A stretch of DNA of 64,000 nt from Pseudomonadota bacterium (GCA_031416315.1 JANOTL010000153.1:1-64000); one strand, 5' to 3'. Positions 9,261 through 19,068 are shown, counted from the first letter of the stretch. Notes: generated from the letters alone by a model not told the origin. Made by a program: numbers and translations.

Positions 9261-10336
9261 CGGAGTTTGTCGCGGCGCGGCGCTTCGTTGCGGGTTTAGC
9301 AGCCGGCTGGAAGGCCAAAAGTGGGCGCCAGCTCTTCTTGAATGCCCTCGCTTCGCTGGTCGTGCTGGTTGGAATCGAATTCGCGGCGCGGCACCAAGCC
9401 TATTGCTTGCTTCCGGAGGCGATGCTTAGGTATAGCGCTGGCGACGACTACACGTCTGCCGCGTGCAAGGTCTTCCGCGCGCGTCGAGTAAAGGCGCGGG
9501 AGTCTTGTGTCTACGTCCTCGGCGGCTCGGCGATCCGCGAGCTGACCGCCGACGATGCCGCGCTCAGCCGTGCGATTTCTTCCGCCTCGGGGACGAACAG
9601 CCGCGTGTGGAACCTCGCGTCGTCGTCGCAGACCTTGGGCGGCAGCCTTTCGCTCCTCGAGCGCGTGCCGACGTGCGGCCGAGAGCTCTTCGTCGTCGGA
9701 GTCTCGGTTGGCCGCATGGCTTCGCCGCTGAGTGACTTCGAGGCCGAAGTTCTGGGCAATCGAGCTCCTGGAGTCGCGAAAATCTCCTATGACTTCGTCG
9801 CGTCTCGCCTAGATGTCCCGTTCTTTGCCCGTTTCGACGCGTTCGCCGCGACGATGCTGGCGAGGAGGGCCTTCAAGACACACTTGCTTACGAACGCAGG
9901 CGCGGCCGACCGGGGCTACATTCAGCACGTCTACGACACGATGGGAAAACCGACTGAGGCCCTCATAGCCGAGATACGGGCGCGAATCCCGCCCGAATTG
10001 GTGGATGGATATCGCGCGAATCACGTCGCCAATTCCGTCTTCCTCGACTGGCTCGTGGAAGCGGCGCGGCGGCGCGGCGCTGAACTGGCGTTCCTCGAGC
10101 AACCGACGAATCCCCTTTACCACGAGATGATTCGAACGGAGGATGATCGCCACGGGGAGACCATGACGTCGCGCGCGCATGCGGCGGGGGTCCCTTATCT
10201 GCGACTCGAGACCGAAAGCCTTAGTCCGGACGACTTCTACGATCTTTCGCACGTTTTCGAGAGCGGCCGGGCCAAGGTTCAGCCGCTTTTGGTCAACGCG
10301 CTTGCGGCCCTGATCCGCAAAGAGCGCGACCGGTGA
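9218..10336 (+). CDS. Membrane-anchored SGNH/DltD-AlgJ-like acyltransferase (true start may be ATA at 9257)
   Basis: N-terminal TM helix, block I VLGGSA, C-terminal DFYDLSH (DxxH). Confidence 0.7.
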   Translation: MRLRPTHPRKGPDIAEFVAARRFVAGLAAGWKAKSGRQLFLNALASLVVLVGIEFAARHQAYCLLPEAMLRYSAGDDYTSAACKVFRARRVKARESCVYVLGGSAIRELTADDAALSRAISSASGTNSRVWNLASSSQTLGGSLSLLERVPTCGRELFVVGVSVGRMASPLSDFEAEVLGNRAPGVAKISYDFVASRLDVPFFARFDAFAATMLARRAFKTHLLTNAGAADRGYIQHVYDTMGKPTEALIAEIRARIPPELVDGYRANHVANSVFLDWLVEAARRRGAELAFLEQPTNPLYHEMIRTEDDRHGETMTSRAHAAGVPYLRLETESLSPDDFYDLSHVFESGRAKVQPLLVNALAALIRKERDR

Positions 10337-11586
10337 CGGATTTCATCCTCGGCTGGAAGGGCCTCGCGTTCTGGATCGTGATCTTCGCCTGCCGGTGGGC
10401 GCCCCCCCATCGGCGAGAATTTCCATCGGCGCGAATCGCGATCCTCTCCTGCGCGTACGTCGCGTGGTTCGAGCCCGCCTTCACGCTCTTTTGTGCCGTG
10501 ATCGGCGCGATCCTTTGGTTGTTGCGACCGACCGGGGTTCGCCTTTTGTTTTCGCTGGTCGTGCTCCTAGCCGCATCTTTCGCCCTAAAGTATGGAGCAT
10601 GGACGTCGTCCGCTGCCGCGAGCATCGGGATCGCCATTCCAAGCTATGCGATGCCGATCGGGACCAGCTATTTCGTGTTTCGCATGACCTTGTTCATCTT
10701 CGATCGCTACCGCGGCCTCATCCCGCCGGATGGGCGGGAGGGCCGCTGGGCTTTCGCGAACTACGTGTTCTTCGTCCCCGCGTGGGCCGCGGGTCCGATT
10801 GATTCCTTCAACAATCGGATGCAACAGCTTGCATCCGCGTTCGACCCGCATCTGGTCGCAGCTGGGATTCAGCGCGTATTCTGGGGAGTCTTCAAGAAGA
10901 TCGTCATCGTCGAGGGCCTCGCGGCCGTGATGTTCGGACAGATCCTCACGCGCGTCGCCGACGGCCAAACGGATTTGAGCACCCTGCCGTCTTTAGCTCC
11001 TGCCGCATTCGTCGTCTTGGCGTTCGTGGTCGCGTATCTGGATTTGTCCGCATACACCGACATCGCGATCGGGACGGCATTGACGCTTGGAATCCGCTTG
11101 CCTGAGAACTTCCAGCGTCCTTTCGCGCAAAGAAACATCTCTGAGTTCTGGCGAAGCTGGCACATCAGCCTTTCGGCGTGGTGTCGCAGCGTCGTGTACT
11201 TCCCGGTCTTCGGATTCACGAAACGCCCGGTCATCGCGATGTACGCGACAATGCTCACCATGGGGCTGTGGCACGACTTCGGCTGGAACTGGCTAGTCTG
11301 GGGTTGCTATCACGGCAGCGCCTTGGCCCTGTACGCCGTCTGGGATCGATTCAAGCGCCGTCGCCCCTCCCTACGACGTCTCTTCGATTCGCCTCCCGTT
11401 CGCGTCGGCGGCATGATCTCGACCTTCCTGTTCGTCGCGCTTGGATATGCCTTCGTCGCGACGAAGTCGATCGACCGAGCATTCGAGGTCTTTAGGGCCG
11501 CGCCTGTGGGGGTCGTCGAATGCGTTAAGTCCTCGACGTGCAGTTTAGGCGCGCTGCGTCCCAGCCGGTTTCCTGCCGCTCCCTGA
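10333..11586 (+). CDS. MBOAT family O-acyltransferase (DltB/AlgI-like)
   Basis: AGPI, YTDIAIG, PENFQRPF, EFWRSWHISLS, GLWH...WGCYHG motifs. Confidence 0.93.
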   Translation: MTDFILGWKGLAFWIVIFACRWAPPHRREFPSARIAILSCAYVAWFEPAFTLFCAVIGAILWLLRPTGVRLLFSLVVLLAASFALKYGAWTSSAAASIGIAIPSYAMPIGTSYFVFRMTLFIFDRYRGLIPPDGREGRWAFANYVFFVPAWAAGPIDSFNNRMQQLASAFDPHLVAAGIQRVFWGVFKKIVIVEGLAAVMFGQILTRVADGQTDLSTLPSLAPAAFVVLAFVVAYLDLSAYTDIAIGTALTLGIRLPENFQRPFAQRNISEFWRSWHISLSAWCRSVVYFPVFGFTKRPVIAMYATMLTMGLWHDFGWNWLVWGCYHGSALALYAVWDRFKRRRPSLRRLFDSPPVRVGGMISTFLFVALGYAFVATKSIDRAFEVFRAAPVGVVECVKSSTCSLGALRPSRFPAAP

Positions 11587-11770
11587 CGAAAAACAAGGCC
11601 GCCCGAGCCTCACCTATGCGGGTAAGCGCTGCTCGTGCGGCCTTGGAAGATCCTACCCATCCTGTCTCTCGCTACACAGAGGGGAAAGCACCCGACCGCG
11701 GGGAAAGAGGACTGAGACGAGACAGGAATTCTTAAATTAACTGGTGAGACCCGAGAGTCCCGAATCGGGA

Positions 11771-12025
11771 CTATGCGTCTGCTAGAACCGGCAGGCCAAG
11801 CTCCAGACGGTACTGCTTCAACTTACGCTGGAGCGTCCGGATACCAATGCCGAGCACGCGCGCCGCGCGGGTCCGGTTGAAGTTCTGGCGTTTGAGGGTC
11901 TCGAGGATGACCGCCTTCTCAATCTCGGAGAGGGTCAAACCTTGCTCAAACTTGACCTGCGTCTCGAGCGTCTTGGCCGTCTTGCTAAGGACCGCATCGT
12001 GTGCGGCGATACTGGACATCATCAT
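11771..12025 (-). CDS. Small Fis-family HTH protein
   Basis: TLSEIEKAVILETL..FNRTRAARVLGIGIRTLQRKLKQY. Confidence 0.88.
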   Translation of the reverse strand: MMMSSIAAHDAVLSKTAKTLETQVKFEQGLTLSEIEKAVILETLKRQNFNRTRAARVLGIGIRTLQRKLKQYRLELGLPVLADA

Positions 12026-12064
12026 TTTTGACTCCTCCTCCCTTTCGGGTCTCGGGGTCTCTAT

Positions 12065-12080
12065 AGCAATTGAGGTGCCA
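12065..12080 (-). promoter_or_regulatory. sigma54 -24/-12 promoter of the Fis-like gene, with an IHF-like site at 12097-12109
   Basis: TGGCAC-CTCAA-TTGCT on the minus strand. Confidence 0.8.
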
Positions 12081-12269
12081 GCTCGTTACTTCGTCTTTTC
12101 AGTAACTTAACGTTCTCATCTTCTTGCGACCGGTATCGAAACTAAACCGGCTCCCCGCCAGAGTGGTACGAAAAAAGACGACCGCCTCGCACCAGGATCA
12201 GCTTGGGCGAAGGCGGCCGTTGACGAGAGAGACACATGAGCTCGGTAGTGGGCTGTGTCAGAGAAGACC

Positions 12270-13151
12270 TTAGCGGAGGAGAGCCAAGGCGGCTTCCGGC
12301 GCTTGGTTCGCCTGCGAGAGGACGGAGATGCCGGCCTGCTGCAGGATCTTGTTCTGGGTGAACTGGGCCGTCTCGTCGGCGAAGTCGACGTCACGGATGC
12401 GGCTGTTGGCGGACTTCATGTTCTCGATTTGGACGCCGAGGTTGTTCACGGTCGAGCCAAGGCGGCTTTGCTGCGCGCCGATGTAGGCGCGGTTCGAGCT
12501 GATCGAGAGGATCGCCTTGTCGATGACGGTCAGCTTCTCGGCCGCGGTCGAGCGGCTAAAGTCGTCGCCCGGGTTTTCGGGGCCGATCTCGGCGCCTTTG
12601 CCGAGGCCCATCTCCTCGATGTTGACCTTCAGGCTATCGATGCCGATCTGGATCGTGTCGGTGTTCTCGACCGAGCCGTCGCCAGCGCCGACATGGATGG
12701 TGAACAAGCCTTCGGCGCCGGCGGCTTCTTGGCCCTGCAGGAGCGGGGTCGAGTTCCACTCCGTGGTGTTCGCGATGCGCTGCACCTCGTTGACGAGCTG
12801 CACGTACTCACGGTTCGTGAACTCGCGCTCGGTGTTGCCGATCGTGTCGGACGCGGCCTGCGTCGCGAGCTCGCGAAGCCGAACGAGGATGTTCCCGACC
12901 TCGTTCATGCTGCCTTCCGCCGTCTGGACGAGCGAGATGCCGTCCTGGGCGTTGCGTTTGGCCTGGCTCAGAGAGCCCATCTTCGCCTTCATCCCTTCGG
13001 AGATGGCGAGGCCGGCGGCGTCATCGGCGGATTTATTGATGCGATAGCCGCTCGACAGTTTCGCCATGTTCTCGCCCATGGAGGCGGTGGAGTTGGCGAG
13101 GTTACGCTGCGCGTTCACCGAGGCAGTGTTGGTTCTGATCCGAAGGCCCAT
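12270..13151 (-). CDS. fliC: Flagellin
   Basis: LSSGYRINKSADDAAGLAIS N-terminus; SRIRDVDFA...QAN C-terminus. Confidence 0.97.
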   Translation of the reverse strand: MGLRIRTNTASVNAQRNLANSTASMGENMAKLSSGYRINKSADDAAGLAISEGMKAKMGSLSQAKRNAQDGISLVQTAEGSMNEVGNILVRLRELATQAASDTIGNTEREFTNREYVQLVNEVQRIANTTEWNSTPLLQGQEAAGAEGLFTIHVGAGDGSVENTDTIQIGIDSLKVNIEEMGLGKGAEIGPENPGDDFSRSTAAEKLTVIDKAILSISSNRAYIGAQQSRLGSTVNNLGVQIENMKSANSRIRDVDFADETAQFTQNKILQQAGISVLSQANQAPEAALALLR

Positions 13152-13291
13152 GGTTCGTCCGCTCCGTTTTGATTGACGACACTTGCTTTTGTTAGTTCGT
13201 CATAGCGGGTTCAAACGTTAATAAAAAAACGCGCGGGCATTTTAAAGCCACCTCGCACCGAGGCGAGACCAGGGGCATTTTTAAGGGATTT

Positions 13292-14128
13292 TTATGACTG
13301 ACAAAATTCGCAGAAGAACGTCGAGCGGCCGGATAGGCGGGCTAAACTGATCTTTTTCGCGCAATTTGGGCACGGCTCGCCGACCTTGTCGTAGACCTTG
13401 AGCTGCACCACGAAATAACCGGGATTTCCGTCGGAATTTTTGAAATCGCGAAACGACGTGCCGCCCGCTTTGATCGCCTGACGCAGGGTCTTTTGGATCG
13501 CCGCGGCCAGGAGATGGTACTGCTCCGCCGAGACGCGCCCGGCGGCCCGTAAGGGGTGGATCCCAGCCGTGAAGAGCGACTCGCTGGCGTAAATGTTCCC
13601 CACGCCGACGACGACCCGCGCATCCATCAGGAAGGCTTTGACCGGCTGCTTCTTGGCGCGGCTCCTCTCGAAGAGATAGGCGGCGAGCTTTCGGTGCGCC
13701 AGGGGCTCGACGCCCAGACCCTTGAACATCGAGTGCTCTTCGAGCGCCTCGTCCCGCGCCACGCAATCGATGACGCCGAAGCGGCGCGGATCGACGAAGT
13801 GGAGGAATTGCGCTTTCCCCGCCTTCGAGCGGAAGTGGAAGATCGCGTGCGTGTGCAACGCCTGAGGCTCGGCCGAGTCGTGCACCAGCATGTTGCCCGT
13901 CATCCCAAGGTGGAAGACGCCGAGCCCGTTCTTCGTGCGCACGAGCATGTACTTCGAGCGGCGGAACACCTCGTCCACCGTCTCGCCACATAGCGCCGCA
14001 CGCACCCGTGCGATCGGGATGGGCCAGCGTAGATCCTTACGCAGGAATTCTGCGCGCTCGACGGTACCGCCGAGGAGGGCCTTGCGGACGTTACGCGTGA
14101 GACATTCGACTTCGGGCAGCTCGGGCAT
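13292..14128 (-). CDS. mutM: Formamidopyrimidine-DNA glycosylase
   Basis: MPELPEVE start, HLGMTG, GVGNIYASE, C-terminal zinc finger. Confidence 0.97.
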   Translation of the reverse strand: MPELPEVECLTRNVRKALLGGTVERAEFLRKDLRWPIPIARVRAALCGETVDEVFRRSKYMLVRTKNGLGVFHLGMTGNMLVHDSAEPQALHTHAIFHFRSKAGKAQFLHFVDPRRFGVIDCVARDEALEEHSMFKGLGVEPLAHRKLAAYLFERSRAKKQPVKAFLMDARVVVGVGNIYASESLFTAGIHPLRAAGRVSAEQYHLLAAAIQKTLRQAIKAGGTSFRDFKNSDGNPGYFVVQLKVYDKVGEPCPNCAKKISLARLSGRSTFFCEFCQS

Positions 14129-14147
14129 ACGCCCGATCTACCATGGT

Positions 14148-15029
14148 TCAGCGAGTCTGCGGCACCGGAATCGCCTTCAGCACGATGCGCCGATTCTCCG
14201 TCTCGTAGCCAGGCTTCATCGACGCGTCGGCAGGCTCCGCTTCGCCATAGCCGACGGCGACGACGCGTTTCTCGTCGAAGCCGAGCTCGTCGATGAGGAA
14301 CTGACGCACCGTCAGCGCGCGCTGGTAAGACTCGATCTGGTTGGCGCTCGCGGCGCCGTTGTGGTCGGTGTAGCCTTCGATCATGAGGAGGCTCAGGCGC
14401 GCGTCCTTGAAGGGGCGCACGGCCTCACGCAAGGTCTCGACGGCCTCGTTTTTCAGCTCGAAGCTGGAAGGCGTCGCCTTCGGATCGATGAAGATCGAGC
14501 GGTAGGCGAGGTCGACGGTCGGCGTCATCACCTGCTTGCGCACGATCTCCATGCGCTGCGCGACGGCAAGATCGCCGGCCATGACGCCGGGAAAACGCGG
14601 GAAAAACGCGCTGGACATCGGCGTCGCTTGCGACTCGATCATCGCGAGCGTGTAAGTCTCCTGGACGTCGACCGTCTTCAAGCGGCCAGTCTCGACCCAC
14701 AGCGGCGAGGCGCCGTCCTGCGTCATGCCGGCCTGCTTTGGCGAGTGCTTCGCCGCCTCGGCCGGACGGGTGGGGCGGAACGTGCGGAGGATCTGGCCGA
14801 CGATCACCCCCTGCGCGCGGCCGCCGGCGATCACCACCATGGCCTTCGTGGGCTCGGCCTCAGCCCCTTCGGCCGCGACGGCTTTCGTGCCCTTCGCGCC
14901 GAGCTCGAGATAGTTCAGCACGCGGTAGACGTCGGGCTCGTCGGTCTTCTGCCAGCGCTCCCAGGTGGGGCTCGTCGCGGCGACCAAAAGCACGGCCAGG
15001 GCGGCGATCATCGACTTTGCGAGCATCAT
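14148..15029 (-). CDS. Secreted OmpA-family peptidoglycan-binding protein with an FlgT-C-like N-terminal domain
   Basis: Signal peptide; IEGYTD...SYQRA...GYGE...NRRI motifs. Confidence 0.85.
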   Translation of the reverse strand: MMLAKSMIAALAVLLVAATSPTWERWQKTDEPDVYRVLNYLELGAKGTKAVAAEGAEAEPTKAMVVIAGGRAQGVIVGQILRTFRPTRPAEAAKHSPKQAGMTQDGASPLWVETGRLKTVDVQETYTLAMIESQATPMSSAFFPRFPGVMAGDLAVAQRMEIVRKQVMTPTVDLAYRSIFIDPKATPSSFELKNEAVETLREAVRPFKDARLSLLMIEGYTDHNGAASANQIESYQRALTVRQFLIDELGFDEKRVVAVGYGEAEPADASMKPGYETENRRIVLKAIPVPQTR

Positions 15030-15057
15030 GGCGTTCCTCCACGCGATCTCCCCCGTC

Positions 15058-15084
15058 TTGTCGTCACCGCGTGTAAAACATTTA
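15058..15084 (-). promoter_or_regulatory. sigma28-like promoter
   Basis: TAAA-N15-GACGACAA upstream of the OmpA-family gene. Confidence 0.55.
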
Positions 15085-15154
15085 GACAGGCCCTTTCCTT
15101 GCGGGACGCCGGCAAAAATTGCCGGGTTTCCTAAAGGCGGCTATCATTTCGCGA

Positions 15155-16189
15155 ATGAGCCGAGCCTTGCTGGAAACCCTGCTCAGCGGCGACCCGCTGA
15201 GCATCGCCGAAGCCGACGCCTTGTTCGCCGCCATGTTGGACGGCGGCCTCGAGCCTGCGACCATCGCGGCCGCACTCGCTGCCCTGCGCCTACGCGGAGA
15301 GTCGGCGATGATTCTGACGGCCGGCGCGGCCGCCATGCGCGAGCGCGCCATCCGTCCCGACCTGCCGGCGAAGCTCAGGCCCCTGGCCGACAACTGCGGC
15401 ACCGGCGGCGACGGCTCCGGCAGCTTCAACATCTCGACCGCCGCGGCGATCGTCGCCTCGGCATTGGGCCTGCGCGTCGCCAAGCACGGCAATCGCAGCG
15501 TCTCGAGCCGCTGCGGCTCGGCCGACCTCCTGTTCGCGGCCGGCTACCCCGACTCGCTCTCGCCGGCCGCGACCGTCACGCTGCTCGAGCGCACCAATTT
15601 CACCTTCTTTTTCGCGCCGCAATTCCACCCCTCGATGAAGCACGTCATGCCCGTGCGCAAGGCGCTGGGCGTGCGCACCGTCTTCAACCTGCTCGGCCCC
15701 CTTGCGAATCCCCTTGCCCCCGAGGTGCAGCTCGTCGGCGTCGGCGTGAAGGCGGCGCTCGAGCCCATGGCCGGCGCGCTCGCGGCGCTCGGCAGCAAAT
15801 CCGCGCTCGTCGTCCACGGCCGCGACGGCACCGACGAGATCAGCGCCACGACGGCGACCGACGCCGTGCGCGTCGACGGCGGCTTGCTCAAGGCGATGAC
15901 GATCGAGCCGAAGATGCTGGGCCTCACGACGGTGCCGGCGGATCTCGCCGGCGGCGATCCGACCGAGAATCTGAAGACCCTCGGCAATCTCCTCGCCGGG
16001 AAGCTCCCGGGCCTGGCCGACGCCGTCGCGCTCAACGCCGGCGCGCTGCTTTGGATCGCGGGCCGCGAGCTCACCCTCGAGGCTGGCCTCGCCATCGCCC
16101 GCGCCGCCATCGAAGGCGGAAGAGCGCGTGCTCACTTCGAGGCATGGCTCACGGCGGCGCAGTCCCTCGCGAAGAGCACGACGGCGTGA
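15155..16189 (+). CDS. trpD: Anthranilate phosphoribosyltransferase
   Basis: CGTGGDGSGSFNIST, KHGNRSVSSRCGSAD. Confidence 0.96.
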   Translation: MSRALLETLLSGDPLSIAEADALFAAMLDGGLEPATIAAALAALRLRGESAMILTAGAAAMRERAIRPDLPAKLRPLADNCGTGGDGSGSFNISTAAAIVASALGLRVAKHGNRSVSSRCGSADLLFAAGYPDSLSPAATVTLLERTNFTFFFAPQFHPSMKHVMPVRKALGVRTVFNLLGPLANPLAPEVQLVGVGVKAALEPMAGALAALGSKSALVVHGRDGTDEISATTATDAVRVDGGLLKAMTIEPKMLGLTTVPADLAGGDPTENLKTLGNLLAGKLPGLADAVALNAGALLWIAGRELTLEAGLAIARAAIEGGRARAHFEAWLTAAQSLAKSTTA

Positions 16190-16983
16190 GCGACGTACTG
16201 CGAGAGATCCTCGCGACGAAAAAGACCGAGGTCGAGGCCGCGAAGCAGCGCGTCTCCCTCGACGAGATCAAAGCGCGCGCGGCGGCGACCTCGGCAAAGC
16301 GCCCAGCCCGCGACTTCTTCGCCGCGCTCGCACGCGAGAAGACCGCGATCATCGCCGAGTGTAAGCAGAAGTCGCCGAGCAAGGGCGTCTTGGTCCCCAA
16401 TTACGATCCCGTCGCGCTCGCCCGGGCGTACGAAGCCGGCGGCGCCGTCGCCATCTCGGTCCTCACCGACGGCCCTTATTTCGGCGGCGACCTCTCGCAC
16501 CTCGTCGCCGTCAGCGCCGCGGTCGGCATCCCGGTTCTACGCAAGGACTTCGTGGTCGACGCGTATCAGATCTACGAAGCCCGCGCGCATGGTGCCGACA
16601 CCTTCCTCCTTCTCGCCGGCCCTCTCGGCACGGCTGAGCTGGAGTCTTTCACGATGATCGGTCGCAGCCTCGGCATGGAGCCTCTCATCGAGAGCCATTC
16701 CGCCGAAGAGCTTGCCCTCGCGTGCGCCACCACCGGCCGCATCCTCGGCATAAATAACCGCGATTTGAGGAGCTTCCGCGTCGATCTCGACGTCTCGCGC
16801 GCGCTCCTTCGCCAGGCTTTCCCGAGCCCCGAGCGTCTGGTCGTTTGCGAGTCGGGCATCAAGACGCGCTCTGACGTTGAGATGATGGCTTCCGTCGGGT
16901 ATAAAGCGTTCCTAATCGGCGAATCTCTCGCGACAAGTTCTGATCCCACCGCCGCCCTGCGCCTGCTTCTGGGCGCCAGCTGA
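16186..16983 (+). CDS. trpC: Indole-3-glycerol phosphate synthase
   Basis: IIAECKQKSPSKG, LRKDF, GINNRDL, ESGI; GTGA overlap with trpD. Confidence 0.96.
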   Translation: MSDVLREILATKKTEVEAAKQRVSLDEIKARAAATSAKRPARDFFAALAREKTAIIAECKQKSPSKGVLVPNYDPVALARAYEAGGAVAISVLTDGPYFGGDLSHLVAVSAAVGIPVLRKDFVVDAYQIYEARAHGADTFLLLAGPLGTAELESFTMIGRSLGMEPLIESHSAEELALACATTGRILGINNRDLRSFRVDLDVSRALLRQAFPSPERLVVCESGIKTRSDVEMMASVGYKAFLIGESLATSSDPTAALRLLLGAS

Positions 16984-16994
16984 GGGTCAACTAA

Positions 16995-18041
16995 GTGACT
17001 ACCAACGACAATCGACGCGACCTCTACCGTGAGGCCGGCGTTGACGTCGAAAAAGGTGACGCGCTCGTCGATTGGCTGCAGTCCAGCGGGCAAGCCTCGG
17101 CGCCGGATCGTCGCTACGGCGCCACCGTCTCGGGAATCGGAGGTTTTGCGGGCCTTTTCCGGCCGAACTTCGCCGGCATGAAGGATCCGCTCCTGGTCAG
17201 CGGTACCGACGGCGTCGGCACCAAGGTCCTCTTGGGCTTGGAAACGGGCCATCTCGAAGGTTTGGGCCAGGACCTCGTCGCCATGTGCGTGAACGACCTC
17301 TACACGGTCGGCGCTCGTCCGCTCTTCTTTCTCGACTATTTCGCGACCGGCAAGCTGAGCGATCCACAGTTCAAAGCTGTGCTCACGGGGATCCGCCAGG
17401 GCTGCCAGCTCGCCGCCTGCGCTCTACTCGGCGGTGAAACCGCAGAACTTCCGGGGCTTTACGCTCACGGGCACTTCGACCTCGCCGGCTTCGTCGTCGG
17501 CGTCGTCGACGGCGCGCGCAAGCTCGGCCCAGAGCGCGTTGAAGTGGGCGACCGGCTCTACGGCCTACCGTCGAGCGGCTTCCACAGCAACGGCTACTCA
17601 CTGATCCGGCGCTTCCTCGCCGAAGCGAAACCTGCGCCGGGGGACGAGCTGATCCAACGGCTCCTCGTGCCGACGAAGATCTATGCCGAGATACCTGCCC
17701 TGGTCGACGACGTCGGCGAGGACGTTCTGCACGCGATCGCGCACATCACCGGCGGCGGCATCTCGGGCAACTTGCCCCGCGTTCTTCCCGCCGGCACGGT
17801 CGCCGTGATCGACGAGAAGGCCGTCCCGACGCCCCCGTGGATGCGCGACTTCCTCGCCGCGAACGGCACGACGCCGCGCGCGCAGGAAGGCGTTTTCAAC
17901 CTCGGCGTCGGCATGATCGCGGCCGTCGCGGAAGCGGGCGCTGCGCGCTTCGAGGCCGCGGCGAAGAAGCTCGGGCTAGCCCCGGCGCTCCTCGGCCGTC
18001 TCGAGGCCGGCCACGGCGAGGCGATCGTTCGATTCCACTGA
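16995..18041 (+). CDS. purM: Phosphoribosylformylglycinamidine cyclo-ligase
   Basis: YREAGVD, TDGVGTK, GGETAE, SSGFHSNG, HITGGG. Confidence 0.97.
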   Translation: MTTNDNRRDLYREAGVDVEKGDALVDWLQSSGQASAPDRRYGATVSGIGGFAGLFRPNFAGMKDPLLVSGTDGVGTKVLLGLETGHLEGLGQDLVAMCVNDLYTVGARPLFFLDYFATGKLSDPQFKAVLTGIRQGCQLAACALLGGETAELPGLYAHGHFDLAGFVVGVVDGARKLGPERVEVGDRLYGLPSSGFHSNGYSLIRRFLAEAKPAPGDELIQRLLVPTKIYAEIPALVDDVGEDVLHAIAHITGGGISGNLPRVLPAGTVAVIDEKAVPTPPWMRDFLAANGTTPRAQEGVFNLGVGMIAAVAEAGAARFEAAAKKLGLAPALLGRLEAGHGEAIVRFH

Positions 18042-18062
18042 ACGCACCTTAGGAGGCAGTCC

Positions 18063-19064
18063 ATGACGCAGGCGCAATCTCGGCCCAAGCACATTCTCAG
18101 CGCCCAGCAGTTCGACCGCCCGTACCTGGACTATCTGTACGAGCTGATCAATACGATCCGCATGTTCGACAAGTCCAAGGACGGACTCCTTTATCTCCAG
18201 AGCCTCCTCTCCCACAAGCGGGCGATGCTCTACTTCACGCAGCCGTCGACACGGACGTTCATGTCGTTTCAGTCGGCCTGCTACATCCTCGGCATCAAGC
18301 CGTCAGAGATTCGCGACAGCTCGACCTCGTCGGAGCGCAAAGGCGAATCGATCGAAGACTCGCTGCAGACCTTCGCCAGCTACGTCGACTTGATCATCAT
18401 GCGCTCGCCGGTCGCTGGCCTCTGCAACCGCATCGCGACACTCCTCGACGAGACCGAGCGTCCGGTCCCGGTCATCAACGCGGGCTCTGGCCCTGACGAG
18501 CACCCGACACAGGCTCTCCTCGACATCTACACCCTGCAACGCAGCTTCAAAAGCGCCGACGGCATCGAGGGCAAGACGATCTGCATGGTCGGCGACCTCA
18601 AACGCGGCCGTACCGTGCGCTCGCTGTCGCGCTTACTCACGAACTATCCCGGCGTGAAGCTCCTCTTCACCTCGCCGGAGCAGTTTCGCATCAACGACGA
18701 CCTGCGCAGTATGCTTTTGCAGAAGAACGTCGCCTTCGAGGAAACGAAGGACTTCGAGAACGCCATCGCGGCCGCCGACGCGATCTACATGACCCGCATC
18801 CAAGATGAGTACGACACCGCCACCGGCGACTCCGCGAAAGTCGACACGAGCCGCTACTGTCTCCGCTACGAGCACCTCGAGCGCCTGAAAAAAGAGTGCG
18901 TGATCATGCATCCGCTCCCGCGCCGCAACGAGCTCGACCCCGCCATCGACAAAGACCCCCGCGCTCGCTACTGGCGCCAAGAGCGCAACGGCATGTGGAC
19001 GCGCGTCGCCTTGATGACGCAGATCTTCGGCGTCGACCACAACATCGTTCTCCCGAAACTTTGA
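18063..19064 (+). CDS. pyrB: Aspartate carbamoyltransferase
   Basis: PSTRT, HPTQALLD, GDLK.GRTV.S, MHPLPR. Confidence 0.95.
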   Translation: MTQAQSRPKHILSAQQFDRPYLDYLYELINTIRMFDKSKDGLLYLQSLLSHKRAMLYFTQPSTRTFMSFQSACYILGIKPSEIRDSSTSSERKGESIEDSLQTFASYVDLIIMRSPVAGLCNRIATLLDETERPVPVINAGSGPDEHPTQALLDIYTLQRSFKSADGIEGKTICMVGDLKRGRTVRSLSRLLTNYPGVKLLFTSPEQFRINDDLRSMLLQKNVAFEETKDFENAIAAADAIYMTRIQDEYDTATGDSAKVDTSRYCLRYEHLERLKKECVIMHPLPRRNELDPAIDKDPRARYWRQERNGMWTRVALMTQIFGVDHNIVLPKL

Positions 19065-19068
19065 GACC

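Noticed and set aside
11588..11770. Known riboswitch or Rfam ncRNA in the MBOAT-fis gap
   Set aside because: Structured, but no recognisable aptamer consensus; kept only as a candidate trailer in the findings
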